From IMG/VR virus record IMGVR_UViG_3300027917_002335, positions 1 through 64,000 of that record: DNA of 64,000 nt; one strand, 5' to 3'. This document shows, piece by piece, positions 38,669 to 48,166 of this stretch (its first letter is position 1; each line of letters begins with the position of its first letter). The DNA is from a virus. The position numbers and the translations under genes were made by a program. Under the pieces are notes generated by a model, which saw only the letters and a list, made by a program, of their open reading frames with translations, did no database searches and was not told the origin of the DNA.

Positions 38669-39014
38669 TAATTCTCGCCTTTACTTTAATTTTATCTTTA
38701 ATTACAATATATTCATCGGTACCTAACATTACTAATACATCGTATTGATATGTTCTTGGATCAATTGTTTTTGTATCAGCTGGTTTTAAATGAATTCTAA
38801 ATTCAGAATTTGGTAAATCTGTATCTTGAATTTCATCTGCTCCTCCACCAGCATCAGTATTTCTTTTTAATAATACAATTTCAGCAGAATCATCTTCTTC
38901 ATCTTCTTTCATTGTAAAATAAATTTTAGCGCCAGTTAAAACAACGGCTCCTCCATTAACAGTTACATCTAATTTAACTGTAGTACCTTGAAATATTTCA
39001 ATATAATTAGTCAT
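38661..39014 (-). CDS. BppU N-terminal-like Ig-fold protein
   Basis: IFQGTT..LTGAKIYFTMK..LKPADTK..YQYDV. Confidence 0.6.
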   Translation of the reverse strand: MTNYIEIFQGTTVKLDVTVNGGAVVLTGAKIYFTMKEDEEDDSAEIVLLKRNTDAGGGADEIQDTDLPNSEFRIHLKPADTKTIDPRTYQYDVLVMLGTDEYIVIKDKIKVKARISD

Positions 39015-39210
39015 CTAATTCTCCCTCTAATTGTTCTGTATAGGTTAATGTTCCTATTAATTCTTCTACTTGCTCAAGAGAGCCAGTTAATACCTCTGCT
39101 TGTTCTATAATTCCTGTTAAATATGTTACCACTTGTAAACCACCTTCTCCACCTTCTCCAAATCCTCCTCTCCAACCACGAGTGGCTTTTCTTAAAGTTA
39201 TAAATGGCAT
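39007..39210 (-). CDS. Small hypothetical protein with LxGxL repeats
   Basis: In-operon ORF with GGAGG SD. Confidence 0.5.
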   Translation of the reverse strand: MPFITLRKATRGWRGGFGEGGEGGLQVVTYLTGIIEQAEVLTGSLEQVEELIGTLTYTEQLEGELDD

Positions 39211-39341
39211 TTAAATTTCCTCCAACTTATTTCTTTTTTATTTCCTTTTCCGTCTTGTGTATAAAATTTCATATATCGAGCATGAAAATTCCTGTTTTCT
39301 CTGTCTTTCTTAGTAATTTCTGATTCTCTTTGATAAGCCAT
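39198..39341 (-). CDS. Small basic hypothetical protein (47 aa)
   Basis: Own translation MAYQRESEITKK...; fills the operon gap. Confidence 0.4.
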   Translation of the reverse strand: MAYQRESEITKKDRENRNFHARYMKFYTQDGKGNKKEISWRKFKCHL

Positions 39342-40547
39342 TTAATCACTCTCCTTCACAAGATATGGATCGGTGTCTCCTAAATTTTTATACCATAAGT
39401 ATAATTCTTGTATTTCTACACCAGAAACTGTCCAATCTGGATCTTCTGTTTTTTTATACTTGAAAATTACTTTATCTACAACACCAGAAGCTACATTTCT
39501 TGGTGCATAATCTGTTAATGCTTCTATGAATTCATAAGAAACATTACCTTCTTTTAGCATGTCTATTGTTTTCATAAGTACTCCATATGTGTTTGGAGTC
39601 ATATGAGCTGATAATAATTCATCCCACACAGCATTTGTTATATCGTCTAATGAATGTATATGTTCTGCTCTAACTTCAAAATCATCACCGTTGGCGGGTG
39701 CTTGTGGTAATGGTTTTACTAAATGAATATTATGTGTTGCTGAATCGTAATGAGCTATTATTCTTACAATTCCTTCTAAAGCTCCACTTGTAAAGTATAT
39801 ATATTGATCGTCATAAAATCCATCAATGGATTGTGTTAAATCTGTTATAAAATCTGTTGTCGTAGGTGATGGATCATTAATTTGTCCTACTTGTACTTCT
39901 CCTAAAGCTCTTAATCTTCTTCCAGCTGAATATTGAACATTATGAGTTATTGCTGTTAATGGTTCATCCCATATTTTATCTACTAGAGCGTCTTCGTCAA
40001 TAGTAACGCCACTTGCTCTATAATCTTCAATGTTTTCTGATGGAACTAATTTTTGATTTTTAGCTCCAAATGTACTAGGCGTGTTGTGTGCTGATATTGC
40101 TTGATCCCATACTAATCCTGCTATCTCAGTTTTATCTTCTGGAAGTACTGCACTTCCTACTTCTACTGTTTGGGTTAGTGGTGATGTGTCAAACCTTACA
40201 AATACATTACAGGCTCCAGATGGTTTAATATGTATTGGTTTTGAAATATCAGCTGGATATAAATTTCCAACGATTGTTAATTCGTAATCTCCACACCAAG
40301 GAACTATTCTCCATCCTTGAACTCCAGAAGCAATATTTTGATTCTGAAACATGTAGTAGTCTCCTGCTAACCTACCTCCTCCTAGTGGATTACCTCCAAA
40401 TGTGTCAAACATAGGATGAAACATTGCGCCTGAACCAGATTTAACCCATTCTTTCCAATCTGAGTATAAATCAATTTGAGTATCAATTTCTACTACTCCT
40501 GTTATGATTCTAGCGTAATAGTTCTTACCATCAAAATTTATTTTCAT
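39342..40547 (-). CDS. Putative structural protein with (V/I)WD repeats
   Basis: DLYSDWKEW N-domain; repeats LVWDQAISAH, KIWDEPL, AVWDELLSAH. Confidence 0.55.
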   Translation of the reverse strand: MKINFDGKNYYARIITGVVEIDTQIDLYSDWKEWVKSGSGAMFHPMFDTFGGNPLGGGRLAGDYYMFQNQNIASGVQGWRIVPWCGDYELTIVGNLYPADISKPIHIKPSGACNVFVRFDTSPLTQTVEVGSAVLPEDKTEIAGLVWDQAISAHNTPSTFGAKNQKLVPSENIEDYRASGVTIDEDALVDKIWDEPLTAITHNVQYSAGRRLRALGEVQVGQINDPSPTTTDFITDLTQSIDGFYDDQYIYFTSGALEGIVRIIAHYDSATHNIHLVKPLPQAPANGDDFEVRAEHIHSLDDITNAVWDELLSAHMTPNTYGVLMKTIDMLKEGNVSYEFIEALTDYAPRNVASGVVDKVIFKYKKTEDPDWTVSGVEIQELYLWYKNLGDTDPYLVKESD

Positions 40548-40909
40548 ATTTTCTGACCTGTAAATGCAGTTGGTTCACATACAATTATTCCTCTTTTTTT
40601 CCAATAATCACTAAATCCGCCTCCAGCTCTAACCCATTCACCAGAAGCTACTGTCATAAGAGGAAACTGTGGATGAACATCCCATAAAAAAGTAAAGTTC
40701 GTCCAATCCATTAATTCTTCATTAACATACCTAAACTGCTTTTCAAAAATGATTTTGAGCCCTGGGGCTCGTTCTTTGTACCATTTATCAAAATCTCTAC
40801 TTCTATTACTTCTAATACGATGAAGGATTTGTCTAACATTCCTTCTCGTAAGTTTACCAAGTTGAATTTCGCTTGTTACCAATTCCATAGAATCTATAAC
40901 ATTCATCAT
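40544..40909 (-). CDS. Hypothetical protein
   Basis: In-operon ORF with GGTGA SD. Confidence 0.5.
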   Translation of the reverse strand: MMNVIDSMELVTSEIQLGKLTRRNVRQILHRIRSNRSRDFDKWYKERAPGLKIIFEKQFRYVNEELMDWTNFTFLWDVHPQFPLMTVASGEWVRAGGGFSDYWKKRGIIVCEPTAFTGQKI

Positions 40910-40914
40910 ATCAC

Positions 40915-43305
40915 CTAAGGATTACTGTAGTTCCTCTCCAATGGTGCTACTAATGAAAAGTTATTAGTCTTCGTTCTCTCAATAGTTCCAGTTGTTTTAA
41001 CGAAAGTTGCTGTTTGTAATCCAATTGCAACTATAGTTACTGGCGCGTCTTCTCCTGCTGATGCTTCTCCTCTTTGAACATTGCCATCATAATCATAGTC
41101 AAATGATATGCTTGGTGATCCGCCAACATTACCTTTAATTTCAGAAGTATCATTCTTTTGTACGATTATAGCATTTATTGTACCATAATCATAACCAGCG
41201 TCATCTCCTGCATCGTCGTTTGTAAAGAACATCCAATATTTAGCATTAGCATCTCCTTGCAAGTTAGTATTAAATGAAATGTTACCTGCTGCTATATATT
41301 TTTCAGTTCTTGAAACTCCAGTTGCATCTATATAAGTTATGTTGTTGGCATCTGCCGCATTCAAATCATCAATTACCATATCATAAGTTGTTGCTGTAGG
41401 AAAAGAATAAGCCATAAGAATATCAGTAATATCTCCTCTGCTTATTTCAGGTCCATGATCTATGTCAGTTGTTTGTCGTAATTGATGTTGACAATATTGA
41501 TAACAATCTCCAAGAGTGGCATCATTTCCTAATAATCTCCACTTAAATCCATAAACAACTGAATTAATTGTTCTTCTGAATCCACGATAAACATTCTTTG
41601 TACAACTTACTGCTCCTTCATCAACTATTGTATCAGTAGAAACTACTGTTAATTTACTTGATGTAACTCCTGCTACTGTGAAAGAACCATTGTTGTTAGT
41701 TGTTCCTGAAATTACAATTATATCTCCAACTTCTACACCGTCAGATGACCAATCACCAGAAGCTCTTTCAATTGTACCATCTGTTGGATCAGCATCGTTA
41801 AATGTTAAATTACCAGTTGCGGATAATGAGATTTCATCCCATTTATATTGTAGAAACATTCCAGGTTCTACTATGTAGAAATCTATACTTCCAACGGAAG
41901 TGAATGCTTTATCTTCAGTGTTTAGTACCAAAGTATCGTCATCTGTGACTGAAACTACTTTATAAACACCTCTGTGGTCAGAACCAGATTCAACAATTAT
42001 TACTAAATCGTCTGCGGATACAACACCTGAAAATCCTGCTGTTGCTGAGTCTAATGTACCAGTATCTCCATCAATATCAGCTAAAACTCCATCAGTTCTT
42101 GGAGTTTCTGCGTCAGCAATAATGAATCTTGTGTATAGAGTCCAAGTAAGAACTGTATCTCCAGTAAATAATCCACCACTGTGTTCCCAAGTATCACAAG
42201 TTAATGTGGTGTCGTTTACAACTTCTGTAACTTCCCAGTAACCTGCATCACTACCAGTTGTAATGTATAAAACATCTCCTACATGAGCTGTAGTTAAGAA
42301 GTTTTGTCCAGTTTCTGAGAATGTACTTGAACTTGCTGTGGTAACTCCGTTAGTTCCAGAATCGGCTGTGGTTCTTGCTGTATATGGACTTGTTCCCATA
42401 ATTTCTCCGTCAGTATCTACTATTGCTGCATCTGTGACATGAGATAATGGAAACTGGTAAAATGTATTTTCAAGAGCAACATATTCTTGTTCAGTATTCA
42501 AGTCATATGAAGAATATGTCTTGTATTTCTTTCTAAGAAATGCCTTGAAATAAGTTCTTCGATTGTCCATTGGCTCCCATATTAATACTGATTCGTTAAC
42601 TTTTCCTGTGAATTCAAAATCAACAGGATCTTGTGTTGCTGAATATTGTTGATAATATGGTTGAGCGTCAGAATCCATATCGCCTAGTGAACCCATTCCT
42701 GCCCAAGATTGAACTAAACCCCCAGTTGAGTTCTTAGAATCCCAACCGCCATCTCTTATTTTCTTTCTGGTGTAATAATTGAAGAATTCCCAATCCCAGT
42801 TGTCGTCTCCGCCTCCAATTTCTGCTTGTTTAGGCGTAATCATTTCAAATGGAAACCAGTAACGGATCAAATCGTCTCCAGCGTATAATTCAGAGTCAGT
42901 TCTCCATTCAATTTTTGAAAATGAATAAAGACATTGTTCTGTAACACCGTCTTCAACTGCTCCTCCAGTTGGATCTCTAACTTCAAACCATAATCCACTT
43001 TCAGCCACATCTACAACATATCCTGTAATTGTGACTCCAGTTTCACTATCAACGCTTGCTATTCTATGATGTGCTGCTTGTCCCTTGTTAAATACTAAGA
43101 GAATATCATTTGGTGCAGCACCCCAACTTGAGAATGTTGCAGATGTTGATGTGAATGCGTTGGTAACTGGCCAGAATCTTCCGTCAATTCCAGAAGCTCC
43201 TGCCCCAACTAAACTTCCAACTGGCCAAATCGAAATTTCTCGGCTTTCTGTACCGAATATAACCTCTTTTCTATCCAGATTATCTGGATCAGTTACTTTT
43301 GCCAT
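40915..43305 (-). CDS. Large acidic T/D/G-rich putative virion appendage protein
   Basis: Repeated GD(V/I)xxIxG..G(Y/S)(W/F)xV beta-barrel units; ends ERNYSNP. Confidence 0.6.
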   Translation of the reverse strand: MAKVTDPDNLDRKEVIFGTESREISIWPVGSLVGAGASGIDGRFWPVTNAFTSTSATFSSWGAAPNDILLVFNKGQAAHHRIASVDSETGVTITGYVVDVAESGLWFEVRDPTGGAVEDGVTEQCLYSFSKIEWRTDSELYAGDDLIRYWFPFEMITPKQAEIGGGDDNWDWEFFNYYTRKKIRDGGWDSKNSTGGLVQSWAGMGSLGDMDSDAQPYYQQYSATQDPVDFEFTGKVNESVLIWEPMDNRRTYFKAFLRKKYKTYSSYDLNTEQEYVALENTFYQFPLSHVTDAAIVDTDGEIMGTSPYTARTTADSGTNGVTTASSSTFSETGQNFLTTAHVGDVLYITTGSDAGYWEVTEVVNDTTLTCDTWEHSGGLFTGDTVLTWTLYTRFIIADAETPRTDGVLADIDGDTGTLDSATAGFSGVVSADDLVIIVESGSDHRGVYKVVSVTDDDTLVLNTEDKAFTSVGSIDFYIVEPGMFLQYKWDEISLSATGNLTFNDADPTDGTIERASGDWSSDGVEVGDIIVISGTTNNNGSFTVAGVTSSKLTVVSTDTIVDEGAVSCTKNVYRGFRRTINSVVYGFKWRLLGNDATLGDCYQYCQHQLRQTTDIDHGPEISRGDITDILMAYSFPTATTYDMVIDDLNAADANNITYIDATGVSRTEKYIAAGNISFNTNLQGDANAKYWMFFTNDDAGDDAGYDYGTINAIIVQKNDTSEIKGNVGGSPSISFDYDYDGNVQRGEASAGEDAPVTIVAIGLQTATFVKTTGTIERTKTNNFSLVAPLERNYSNP

Positions 43306-43317
43306 TTTCTAACCTCT

Positions 43318-44958
43318 TTAAGGATTGTTAAAATTTCTGTCTGTGCTTTGAAACACAGGTATACTTTGATTTGAGCTACTAAGAGTAGCACCAAATCTTA
43401 TGTACTCATAATCTATGTGAAGGACAGTTACCCATATGTCTATGTCTCCTGTCCAATTATAATTGTATTGAAAACTTGTACCTGAATTTTCAATACCATC
43501 TATTTCAGAATTGTCAGATTTCTTAATTAATCTAACTTCTGAATTTGCTATTAAATCTGTAAGTGCAAATGTTACTGGAGTAACAAAATAAACTGTTCCA
43601 GTTCCAGTTGCTGTGAATGAAGAAGCATTTGAAGTTCCAACATTGTTGACTGTTAAATCTCCAGATGCTGCTGTGAAATAAACATCTTTTGTGTTGTCGA
43701 TAAATATTAAATCGTTATAATCAACTTCTTCGGAAACGGTATGTCTAATTGCGTATCCATTGTTAATGAATTTAGAGTCTTGAATGCTTAAATCCATATT
43801 GGTGTACCATAACAACGAACCATTAGAACTTGCGGTGTTTGAAAAGATTGTGTTTCGTATTTGTCCTGCGTATCCATTCATATCTACTTCTTCGCAATTG
43901 TCGAATACGCAACTGAATATATCTACATTTGAATTATCAATGAAGTAAACATAGCCATCTATTCCGAAAAATTTAGTGTTATATAAGAGAACATATGAAC
44001 TTGAATTTGTTAAATTGCTACAATCGTAATAACAAGAAACATCAAGATTTCCCTCAAATGTGCTTCCATTTCGACCAGAATCAGTTCCTACTATAATTCC
44101 GTCAGTGTGTCTCGTGTAATAACTTCCATTATCTTCGTAATCAATTCCAAGGTAATTGTCATTAACCATTGGAGTCCAAGCAGAACTGTACCAATATACT
44201 GTTCTTATGAATTGAAAGTTTTTGCCAGAATCGGTTAAAACTGTGTTTGCTATTTGATCTGTGTCTCCTATTGTTAATTTTCCCATTGAATAAATAATTT
44301 TATTAGAATCGTCGTATTGTATCATTCCCCAAGCTCTAGTTGCGTAGGCAGTACAATAATCTGCCGCATCAAATAATCCGTCAGTATCTGTTCCAGTAAC
44401 TTGTATTCCATAGCCAACAGCTATGGTATCTATCATTACATTTTGAGTCTTTGAATTTGCTGTAGTCTCTATATGTATCCCTACCCAATTTATAGCTCCA
44501 ATATCACAACCGCCACCATTAGTTCTTGTTGGTGTAGTTGTAGGATCGAGAGCAAAACAAACAAAGCCTCCTTTCTTTCCTCTGAAGTTTCTTAGATCAT
44601 CGTAGCCAGCTATTGTCCAGTCAGACCAAACCGTTGAACCAGAATAAAGTCTAATACATAAACCGTAATTTGCTACACTTTCTAAAATACCTAAAGTAGT
44701 ACATCCAATCCACATAAATAATAGTTGCCCTTCGTCTGCTCCAGATGTGTCGAAATCTAAATTTCTTCCAAATTCTGTTGCAACATCGCAGTAGAGTTCA
44801 CCAGCTTTGTTTGATGCTTGTGCTGAGACACAGTAAGAACCTTGAAGATAGAAATCTCCTTCTTGAGTTTCAGAACCGATAGTTACTGTGTTCCAATTGG
44901 TTGTTGTTTCCGCGTTAGTAATAACGCCAGTTCCATTAATAGTTACTGTTAGAGCCAT
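43318..44958 (-). CDS. Putative virion appendage protein with beta-helix region
   Basis: N/T/S-rich beta-helix-like pattern; ends DRNFNNP. Confidence 0.55.
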   Translation of the reverse strand: MALTVTINGTGVITNAETTTNWNTVTIGSETQEGDFYLQGSYCVSAQASNKAGELYCDVATEFGRNLDFDTSGADEGQLLFMWIGCTTLGILESVANYGLCIRLYSGSTVWSDWTIAGYDDLRNFRGKKGGFVCFALDPTTTPTRTNGGGCDIGAINWVGIHIETTANSKTQNVMIDTIAVGYGIQVTGTDTDGLFDAADYCTAYATRAWGMIQYDDSNKIIYSMGKLTIGDTDQIANTVLTDSGKNFQFIRTVYWYSSAWTPMVNDNYLGIDYEDNGSYYTRHTDGIIVGTDSGRNGSTFEGNLDVSCYYDCSNLTNSSSYVLLYNTKFFGIDGYVYFIDNSNVDIFSCVFDNCEEVDMNGYAGQIRNTIFSNTASSNGSLLWYTNMDLSIQDSKFINNGYAIRHTVSEEVDYNDLIFIDNTKDVYFTAASGDLTVNNVGTSNASSFTATGTGTVYFVTPVTFALTDLIANSEVRLIKKSDNSEIDGIENSGTSFQYNYNWTGDIDIWVTVLHIDYEYIRFGATLSSSNQSIPVFQSTDRNFNNP

Positions 44959-45445
44959 TTATTAATTCCTCTAAAAATTTTACTAAATGTCTATCTTCTC
45001 TTTGGTTCCATTTATCTACAATTTCGTTGTATTCTAATCGATCTTTTCGCCATTCTAAGGCTAAATTTTTTATATCAAATTCTTCACCTTTTCCAATTCC
45101 TGGACAAGAATTATCCCAAATTATTTGTTCTGTGAAACCGTCTTCATATTCTATAAAAATTGGATTGCAAGGATACATTCGACAGGCAGTTGGACGGTAT
45201 TTATGAACAGAGCATTTATTATCTTTTAAGAAAATACATTGCTGATTTAAATGTTTTAAGATGAGAACTCCTTCGTAATCATTTCCTTTGACGAGTTTGC
45301 CTTTAGGATTATAAGAAAAAGGTACAAAGTCGATGCATTCAAATATGTTTGTGATTTCTGATAAGCGTTGAATGTCTCTTTTAGTTAGAGCAACAATTTT
45401 CTTTTTGCAACAAGAATCTTCACACATTTGACATTCAAACTTCAT
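44936..45445 (-). CDS. YkgJ-family cysteine cluster protein
   Basis: FECQMCEDSCC, CIFL, CSVHKYRPTACRMYP, CPGIGKG. Confidence 0.88.
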   Translation of the reverse strand: MKFECQMCEDSCCKKKIVALTKRDIQRLSEITNIFECIDFVPFSYNPKGKLVKGNDYEGVLILKHLNQQCIFLKDNKCSVHKYRPTACRMYPCNPIFIEYEDGFTEQIIWDNSCPGIGKGEEFDIKNLALEWRKDRLEYNEIVDKWNQREDRHLVKFLEELINGSNSNY

Positions 45446-45848
45446 CGCGGTTCCTCTTCCAATTTTCTAAAGCTTCTTCAAACTTTTCAGGTTTGACTTT
45501 GGCTATTTCTAAAATTATTTTGGCTTTCGTTTCCAATGCTATTTTTTCGGCATCTTGCTGAACTTCTCCGCCAGCTAATTTCCAAATATCATTTTTCGTA
45601 AGACGGGCTTCTCTTATCCAAGCCAGAAGCTGAGGATTAACATGAGTCTTTTGACCAACCACAGTTCCTTCTTCATCTTTAAGTTCTTCAACTCTGGTGT
45701 CTTTGAGCAATTTTTCTATAACATCGTTGACAATGTCATAGCCCTTTTTCATCTCTTGCGCAACATCGAACGCCAGGGTTGGTGTTTCTTCGTATAAGGT
45801 CAAAGCTCCTTTTGTTTCTTTTTCCACTTTTGATGTTTTTTGCGCCAT
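45435..45848 (-). CDS. Possible terminase small subunit
   Basis: First gene of the late operon; HVNPQL motif and helical C-terminus recall TerS families. Confidence 0.45.
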   Translation of the reverse strand: MAQKTSKVEKETKGALTLYEETPTLAFDVAQEMKKGYDIVNDVIEKLLKDTRVEELKDEEGTVVGQKTHVNPQLLAWIREARLTKNDIWKLAGGEVQQDAEKIALETKAKIILEIAKVKPEKFEEALENWKRNRDEV

Positions 45849-45857
45849 CTCTAATAG

Positions 45858-45882
45858 TATATTGATTTAAGGGTTTATAAAG
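45858..45882 (-). promoter_or_regulatory. Late promoter copy 3 (CTTTATAAACCCTTAAATCAATATA)
   Basis: Same motif; TATA box about 29 nt from ATG 45848, implying a near-leaderless mRNA. Confidence 0.75.
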
Positions 45883-46050
45883 GTTGAGTTTATGAAAACA
45901 TAAATTAGTTCGTAATTCCATTGATTTTGATCCTCGTTTTCGCGTATTTGGGGATGTTTAGTTCAGGAAAAAGTAAAGAAGTGCCTAAAAGGTGACGAGT
46001 TGGGAAAAAAAGCTCGTTAATTTAGGAAAAAGTAAATAAATTTATAAAAA

Positions 46051-46095
46051 CATTTACCCCCCTATTATATAAGGGGAGTTAATGTAATTTGAAAT
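46051..46095. repeat. Imperfect palindrome A (CATTTACCCCCC-TATTATATAA-GGGGAGTTAATG)
   Basis: Reverse complement matches 59606-59650 at 38/45 positions. Confidence 0.8.
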
Positions 46096-46318
46096 GAATA
46101 AATGAAAAGGTAAACTATAAATGCCAAAAAATTTCCCGGGAAAGAAAAAAATATTTTTCCCCGGGGTGGGGATTTAAACAGACTCGCCGCCGATCGCGTG
46201 AAAAAAGAATTCTTTTCTTCCAAAATTCAAAACCGGTAAATTTCTTACGAGATTTCAAGAAAAAAAAGAAGGAAAAAAAAGAGATTTAAATTCCGGATAA
46301 TTTCCTAAGAGATATTCC

Positions 46319-46837
46319 TTATTTCTCTTTTTTAATTATCCAGTTTTTTAATTCGGATTTATTAGTTGTCTTATTCTCTAGTATGAATTTCAGAATTCTC
46401 TTGGTACTGAAAACCGGTTGATTAGATTCAATTTCTTTCGTCTTAACTATCTTAAATTCATCCAATATTTGAGATCTTTCAAAATCGTTATTTTCATCTA
46501 GTAAATCTTTCATTTCTTTATTCGTCTTAGCGATCTGGCTGAATTCTTTTCTCAAATTTGAAATATCTTTAACGGATTTCATCTTAGTAATTAATCCGTT
46601 AATCTGAGCGCTATATCCGAGAATTTCGACTTTATTAAGAGCCGGAATTTTAGTTTCTTTCACGGTTTCTTTCGATTCTTTGATCTGGTCAATCTGATGA
46701 GATTTCAATAATTCATCTTTCGTAATTTTAAAGACGGCTAGGAGATCTTGAATTTCTTTATCCGAAAATTTAATCCAATTGCCCTTAGCGGCTATTCTGA
46801 ATTCAATTCCTAGGAATTTGACTAGTTTATATGGCAT
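46319..46837 (-). CDS. Hypothetical K/E-rich protein in the motif-depleted zone
   Basis: GGAGG SD and upstream TATA element (46948-46959). Confidence 0.65.
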   Translation of the reverse strand: MPYKLVKFLGIEFRIAAKGNWIKFSDKEIQDLLAVFKITKDELLKSHQIDQIKESKETVKETKIPALNKVEILGYSAQINGLITKMKSVKDISNLRKEFSQIAKTNKEMKDLLDENNDFERSQILDEFKIVKTKEIESNQPVFSTKRILKFILENKTTNKSELKNWIIKKEK

Positions 46838-47428
46838 TTTTATCTATTCCTCCAATTTTTGATTTCGGACAATCCTATTAATGGATTCTATTTTTCCGAG
46901 ATTTTTATTAAATTTATCGTTCATTAATACCTAGTAAGATAAGCTAGTATTTAAATCTTACTACTAGTAGAATGAGCCCCTGGAGCTCCTACTATCATTC
47001 TGTAGGAAATTGATTCTATTAAGAGATGGAGCTATCGTCCTGGTGCTAGTAGGGAGTCCCTAGTCTTAATCCGTGAAATGATCAAAATTGATCGTTGGAT
47101 GATCGATTTCGGCGGCCCCGTGATCAAAAGGATGGGATTCCAGACTCCTTCGTACTCCAAAATTTTCTTAGTAAAAAAAGCCGGCTTCTGACTCCAGGTC
47201 CAGGGAAGGTATTTTTTTTGGGATCTGACTCCGAATAGGGTGGTATAGAGAATGGGTTAAAAGCCAAGAACGGACCCTGTTTCTTCCAACATTTTCGTAG
47301 AACCATTTTTGGCTTATGTCAGATTTCCCTATATTTTATAAGGCTCCGCACTCCGAACTATATAGTCAATAAACCGTCGTCTCTTATTTGTCTTACTCGC
47401 ATCCCGTGAATTCTCTTGTCCTAAAAAG

Positions 47429-47447
47429 GAAAAGTTTAAATAGGATG
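47429..47447 (+). promoter_or_regulatory. Early archaeal BRE-TATA promoter (GAAAAGTTTAAATAGGATG)
   Basis: Near-identical copy on the minus strand at 54999-55017; upstream of the plus-strand gene train. Confidence 0.7.
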
Positions 47448-47500
47448 CTACATTATAACCCCTAAAGCTATTCTATGAAGAGATCAGAGCTCTTGGTAGA

Positions 47501-47683
47501 ATGCCAACCAAAAATGAGAGATTGGAAATGAAAATTGTCGATAAAATTGCGGAATTGGAACAGGAAAAGAGAATAGCTCTATATCTTGTCTTTCGCTATC
47601 CGGCTTATTCGGATTATAGTTGGCAACAATTCGTTTCCATTTCTCGCCTTATAAAATTATGGAAACTAATGGAGGGAAAATAA
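47501..47683 (+). CDS. Small hypothetical early protein
   Basis: First ORF after the early promoter. Confidence 0.5.
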   Translation: MPTKNERLEMKIVDKIAELEQEKRIALYLVFRYPAYSDYSWQQFVSISRLIKLWKLMEGK

Positions 47684-47898
47684 TGAGAAAATTGTCAGAT
47701 TTTATATTTTTTAAGAAGGAAAAAGGAATTAAGAAAGTTGTGAAGAAAATCTTATCTTTAATGGATTATCTTGACAAATTCGATTCTGAGCCTTACAATA
47801 CAATTTTTGATTCTTTAGAAGGAATTATTTCTGAGGATTTAGAAGATTGTATTTTCTATAAAGAAGTATGGGAAGAGTTATTGGAAGAAGAAAATTAA
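47683..47898 (+). CDS. Small acidic hypothetical protein
   Basis: GGAGG SD, TAATG coupling (start reassigned). Confidence 0.55.
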   Translation: MRKLSDFIFFKKEKGIKKVVKKILSLMDYLDKFDSEPYNTIFDSLEGIISEDLEDCIFYKEVWEELLEEEN

Positions 47899-47916
47899 AA
47901 AAAGGAGGTAGATAAT

Positions 47917-48114
47917 ATGGAGTTAAACCAACAAGAGGAAAGAGCATGCCGGGCTATTATGATGGGAGCTCCACTTTCAGTAGTGGCTCTCTCAGAATCA
48001 AATATGGAAGAACTCAAATCATTTACCAGATTTCACGCTCAAATCAGTCGTTGGGAAGAAATGGCAAGAGCCAATTTTTTCGCTGCGTTAAAGTCATTAA
48101 ATAAACCCGGATAA
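47917..48114 (+). CDS. Small hypothetical protein
   Basis: GGAGGT SD. Confidence 0.6.
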   Translation: MELNQQEERACRAIMMGAPLSVVALSESNMEELKSFTRFHAQISRWEEMARANFFAALKSLNKPG

Positions 48115-48166
48115 TTTCCTCATAATCCTCTGATGGGAATCATCTCGATTCTCACAGGGGAAGATT

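Larger units (their letters stand above)
1..45848 (-). mobile_element. Late/structural region of a myovirus-like archaeal Caudoviricetes genome (the whole window appears viral)
   Basis: Canonical order TerL-portal-protease-MCP-neck-sheath-tube-TMP-baseplate-fibres on one strand; no host housekeeping genes, integrase or att site seen. Confidence 0.93.

Noticed and set aside
3284-43312. Many short plus-strand ORFs in the track (for example 3832-4227, 17146-17697, 36498-36950)
   Set aside because: Antisense shadows of well-supported minus-strand genes, with no motifs or SD sites
47124-47306. 60-aa minus-strand ORF in the divergent zone
   Set aside because: No SD or motif support; likely regulatory or terminal DNA
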